DNA of 64,000 bases from Anaeramoeba ignava BMAN (Eukaryota; Protista; Anaeramoebae), in the NCBI GenBank assembly GCA_028826165.1, contig JAPDFW010000117.1, forward strand, positions 62,001 to 126,000, given 5' to 3'. The notes under the pieces were generated by a model, which had not been told where the DNA came from, ran no database searches, and saw only the letters and a list, made by a program, of their open reading frames with translations. Position numbers and translations under genes: made by a program. Positions 61,150-64,000 of the stretch are shown piece after piece. Position 1 is the first letter of the stretch. Every line of letters starts with the position of its first letter.

Positions 61150-62620
61150 GTTTTATATTACCGAAGGAGTAATTTTTTTTGATTCAATTGAATTATGAGC
61201 TGCAAATGGTTCCTCCTTTTTGAAGGAATAATTTCCCTTTTTTTGTATTTTCTTTTTCTTTTGGCTTTTTGAAATTTCATATCTTTTTTTATAATTTCAT
61301 CAATACATCTTTTGCAAAAATTTAATTTTAATTAGAATAATTTTGAACAAGAAATGGAATTTTAATTTTTTTTTTGATTTCAAGCAAATTTGAAATTTAA
61401 TTTGATTTTGATTTTGAATTTTAGATTTCCTCAATTTTCGGAACTAATGTAAAGTTTACTTCAATTAATCTTTTGTATCTTTTTAATTCCATTTTTTTAA
61501 AAAATAAAGAAAAAAATTTTTACTTAATTTAATTTCAATTTTTTTCAATTTTTTTCAATTTGTTTTCAATTTTTGGTTTTTATATTGATTTGGTTTTATA
61601 TTACCTAATTGGTTCACCACCTTCTGGACATAAAATATTTTCACTTGGTTTTTTGACTATTGAATCATTTGCTTTTGGAGTTTTTGATGGCTTTTTTTTT
61701 GAAATTTTTAATTTTAATTTTAATTTTGAATTTTGAATTTTAATTTGAATTTTAATTTGAATTTAATTTTGATTTTTAATTTTAATTTTGAATTTTAAAT
61801 TGAATTTGAATTTAAATTGAATTTTAATTTTGATTTTAATTTTAATTTTAATTTTCATTTTTATTTTAATTTGAATTTAATTTTAATTTTATTTTGATTT
61901 CATTTTAGAATTTTGAATTTAATTTTGATTTTAATTTTGAATTTTAAATTGAAGTTGAATTTTAATTTTATTTTGAATTTTAATTTTATTTTGATTTCAT
62001 TTGAATTTGAATTTGAATTTTGATTTATTTGATTTTAAATTTGAATTTACAACCCAGAAACTTTTAATATCATTTTTGGATTTATCTTTCAATTGATTAT
62101 CTTGTTTTCTAATTTCATCAAATTTCTTTTTCTTTTCAATACTTTGTAAATAAACAGGATCATTTTGCAAAATATTTTCTTTAGTTTGAGGAATTTTATG
62201 AAGAGGAACAATAATTTGAGGATTTTTTTGATTTGAATCTTGAAAATTATTAGATTTTCTTTTAGGTAAAGCACTACATTCAGTTTTATGAAAAGAATAA
62301 ATTTCCGAATCCAAAGCAGAAAGAATTGATGATTTCTTTTCCAATTCAATTTGTTTTTGTTGTTTTTTCCATTCCTCTATTTGTTTCTGTTTTTCTTTCT
62401 TCTGTGAAAGGAAATATTCAAGAATGCATTTTTTACAAAATAAATGTCCTTTTTGACAACTCATTGGATTAATAACTGGTTGTAAACATAAACTGCACAT
62501 TTCAAACCCTTTTAAACTATGTCCTCCTATTATTTTTTTCCTTGTTCCATAGCTTAATTTCTGTTTTTCTGCATATGTAAAAAATGCTTTTGCTGTTGCG
62601 TTTTGACTGTGTCTACTCAT
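61150..62620 (-). CDS. NOSIP: Nitric oxide synthase-interacting protein (NOSIP, RING/U-box splicing factor); exons 62620-62051, 61690-61605, last exon(s) garbled ~61478-61150
   Basis: MSRHSQNATA..FFTYAEK..YGT..SLKGFEMCSLCLQPVINPMSCQKGHLFCKKCILEY; SFWV|PSKTP..ILCPEGGEPIR; fragments LIEVNFT, FCKRCIDEIIKKDM and QKGGT..FAAH downstream. Confidence 0.85.
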
Positions 62621-62859
62621 TTAAATTTCTTCAAAAAAAAATGAAAAATGAAAAATGATTTTCAATTTTTTTGTTTTTTATTTTTCTGGCAAATTAAAAT
62701 CAAAATTAAAATTAAAATCAAAATTAAAATTAAAATTAAAATTAAAATTAAAATTAAAATTAAAATTAAAATTGAAATTATAATTAAAATTAAAATTAAA
62801 ATTAAAATTAAAATTAAAATTGAAAAAGAAAATGAATTGGAATTAAAAAGTGGAATTGA

Positions 62860-64000
62860 TTAAAAAATTCCACATTTAATTTTTTCTTTTTTCTTTCGTT
62901 TTTGTTTTGTTTTTTCTTCTTTTTTAATTTCTTCTTTTTTATCAAATTCTTTTTTAATTTCTTCTTTTTTAATTTCTTCTTTTTTAATTTCTTCTTTTTT
63001 ATCAAATTCTTTTTTAATATTAATTTCTGTAAATCCTTCAAGATGTTCTTCTTTCTCTTTTAAAATTAAATCAATTATTGAATTTAGATTTAATTGATAA
63101 TAATCTTTTAAATCTAAATATTCTTCATTTGGTATTTGGTTTACTTCAAATTCATCATGATAAAGAAAATAAATTAATTGTTGAATTGTTTTAAATGATT
63201 TTTTTGAATAATCATGAACTTGATTTGATGTATCTGAAACATTTAATTGAAACATTCCTTTGAATAATTCACTTCTTGTTATTAATATTAATTTATGAAC
63301 TTTGATTTCTTTTTCTTTAATAATTATTTTGAAATCTTTTGTTTCATTTTCTTGATATAATTTTGATAAATCTTTTATTATTCCTTTTCTTCCTTTTTCT
63401 TTAATCCAATTTGAATCAATTTCAATTTCTTCCGAAAAATTTTGATATTTGTTGTTCTTGAGATTTTTGTTCTTCATTAATTTTTTGATTTTGATTTTGA
63501 TTAATAGAAAAATTATTGATTAAATTTTCATGAATTAAATCAAAATTTGGAAATCCTGTATAAATGAAATTAAGAACATTTTTCAACTTCAATTTTGGAT
63601 TTTGTTTTTGCAATTATTGATAAATTTTTGTAAAATTAATTTATTGTTATTAAATCTTGTTAATAATATTAATTGATGAACATTAAATTTAAATAAATCA
63701 TTGCTTTCAATTTGTAAATCTGAAAATTCGTTTGATTTGAATAATTTGTTCATATCTTCATTAATTGAATAAATTTTAAGAATTAATTCAATAAATTCAT
63801 TTGGAATTGTTTGTAAATTATCTAATGTTAAAATATTTGCATTGTTCATTAATAAAAATTGAAATAATTTTAAATTTTTATGTTTGATTGATAATGTAAG
63901 AATTAATTTCCCATTTTCATCTTTTGAATTTATCATTAAATCATTTTCAATCATTAATTCAATAAAATTAAATAAATCATTTTCTTTTTTTCTTTGAAAA
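62860..64000 (-). CDS. Ankyrin + tandem BTB protein (5'-partial) with three 1-nt homopolymer insertions (error or pseudogene)
   Basis: INSKDENGKLILTLSI..FLLMNNANI; FSDLQI..FNVHQLILLTR; NVLNFIYTG; KDFKIII..IKVHKLILITRSELFKGMF. Split over three ORFs by shifts near 63600, 63580 and 63432. Confidence 0.8.

Noticed and set aside
1-64000. Transposons, inteins, tRNA or rRNA genes
   Set aside because: No transposase, RT, Hint motif, terminal repeats or structured GC-rich RNA gene was recognisable by eye; a covariance-model scan was not possible.

Overview
Extremely AT-rich, gene-dense eukaryotic (protist) nuclear DNA with GT-AG spliceosomal introns, very short intergenic spacers, poly-NQ coding tracts and many introns filled with degenerate tandem repeats. 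The gene content and style resemble anaerobic metamonads such as Anaeramoeba (inference only). About 22 protein-coding genes can be reconstructed by hand: RCC1-BTB, importin alpha, BTB-BACK, an OSR1/SPAK-like kinase, a USP25/28-like deubiquitinase, Cdc25, ankyrin-BTB, a HACD-like membrane protein, CH-FN3, two tandem PH-like proteins, four tandem ADP-ribosylglycohydrolases, TFIIH p62, RPC8, a small coiled-coil ORF, a VPS9 GEF, PSTK, SH3-RhoGAP-SH3, a histidine phosphatase, NOSIP and a second ankyrin-BTB. The standout is the ankyrin-BTB gene at 16558-20957, which the ORF track mostly misses. Each ankyrin repeat is its own phase-0 exon, and the two variable beta-hairpin residues (the x-x of D-x-x-G-x-T-P-L-H) are each encoded by a separate 3-nt single-codon microexon (AG|NNN|GT), 13-14 in total. 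Other points of interest are a recombining ARH array with prion-like tails and active-site variants, an Inr-like TCATTTT motif upstream of most start codons, and intron-specific satellites. Several homopolymer frameshifts and garbled exon duplicates suggest imperfect assembly polishing. All exon structures are manual inferences without RNA data.
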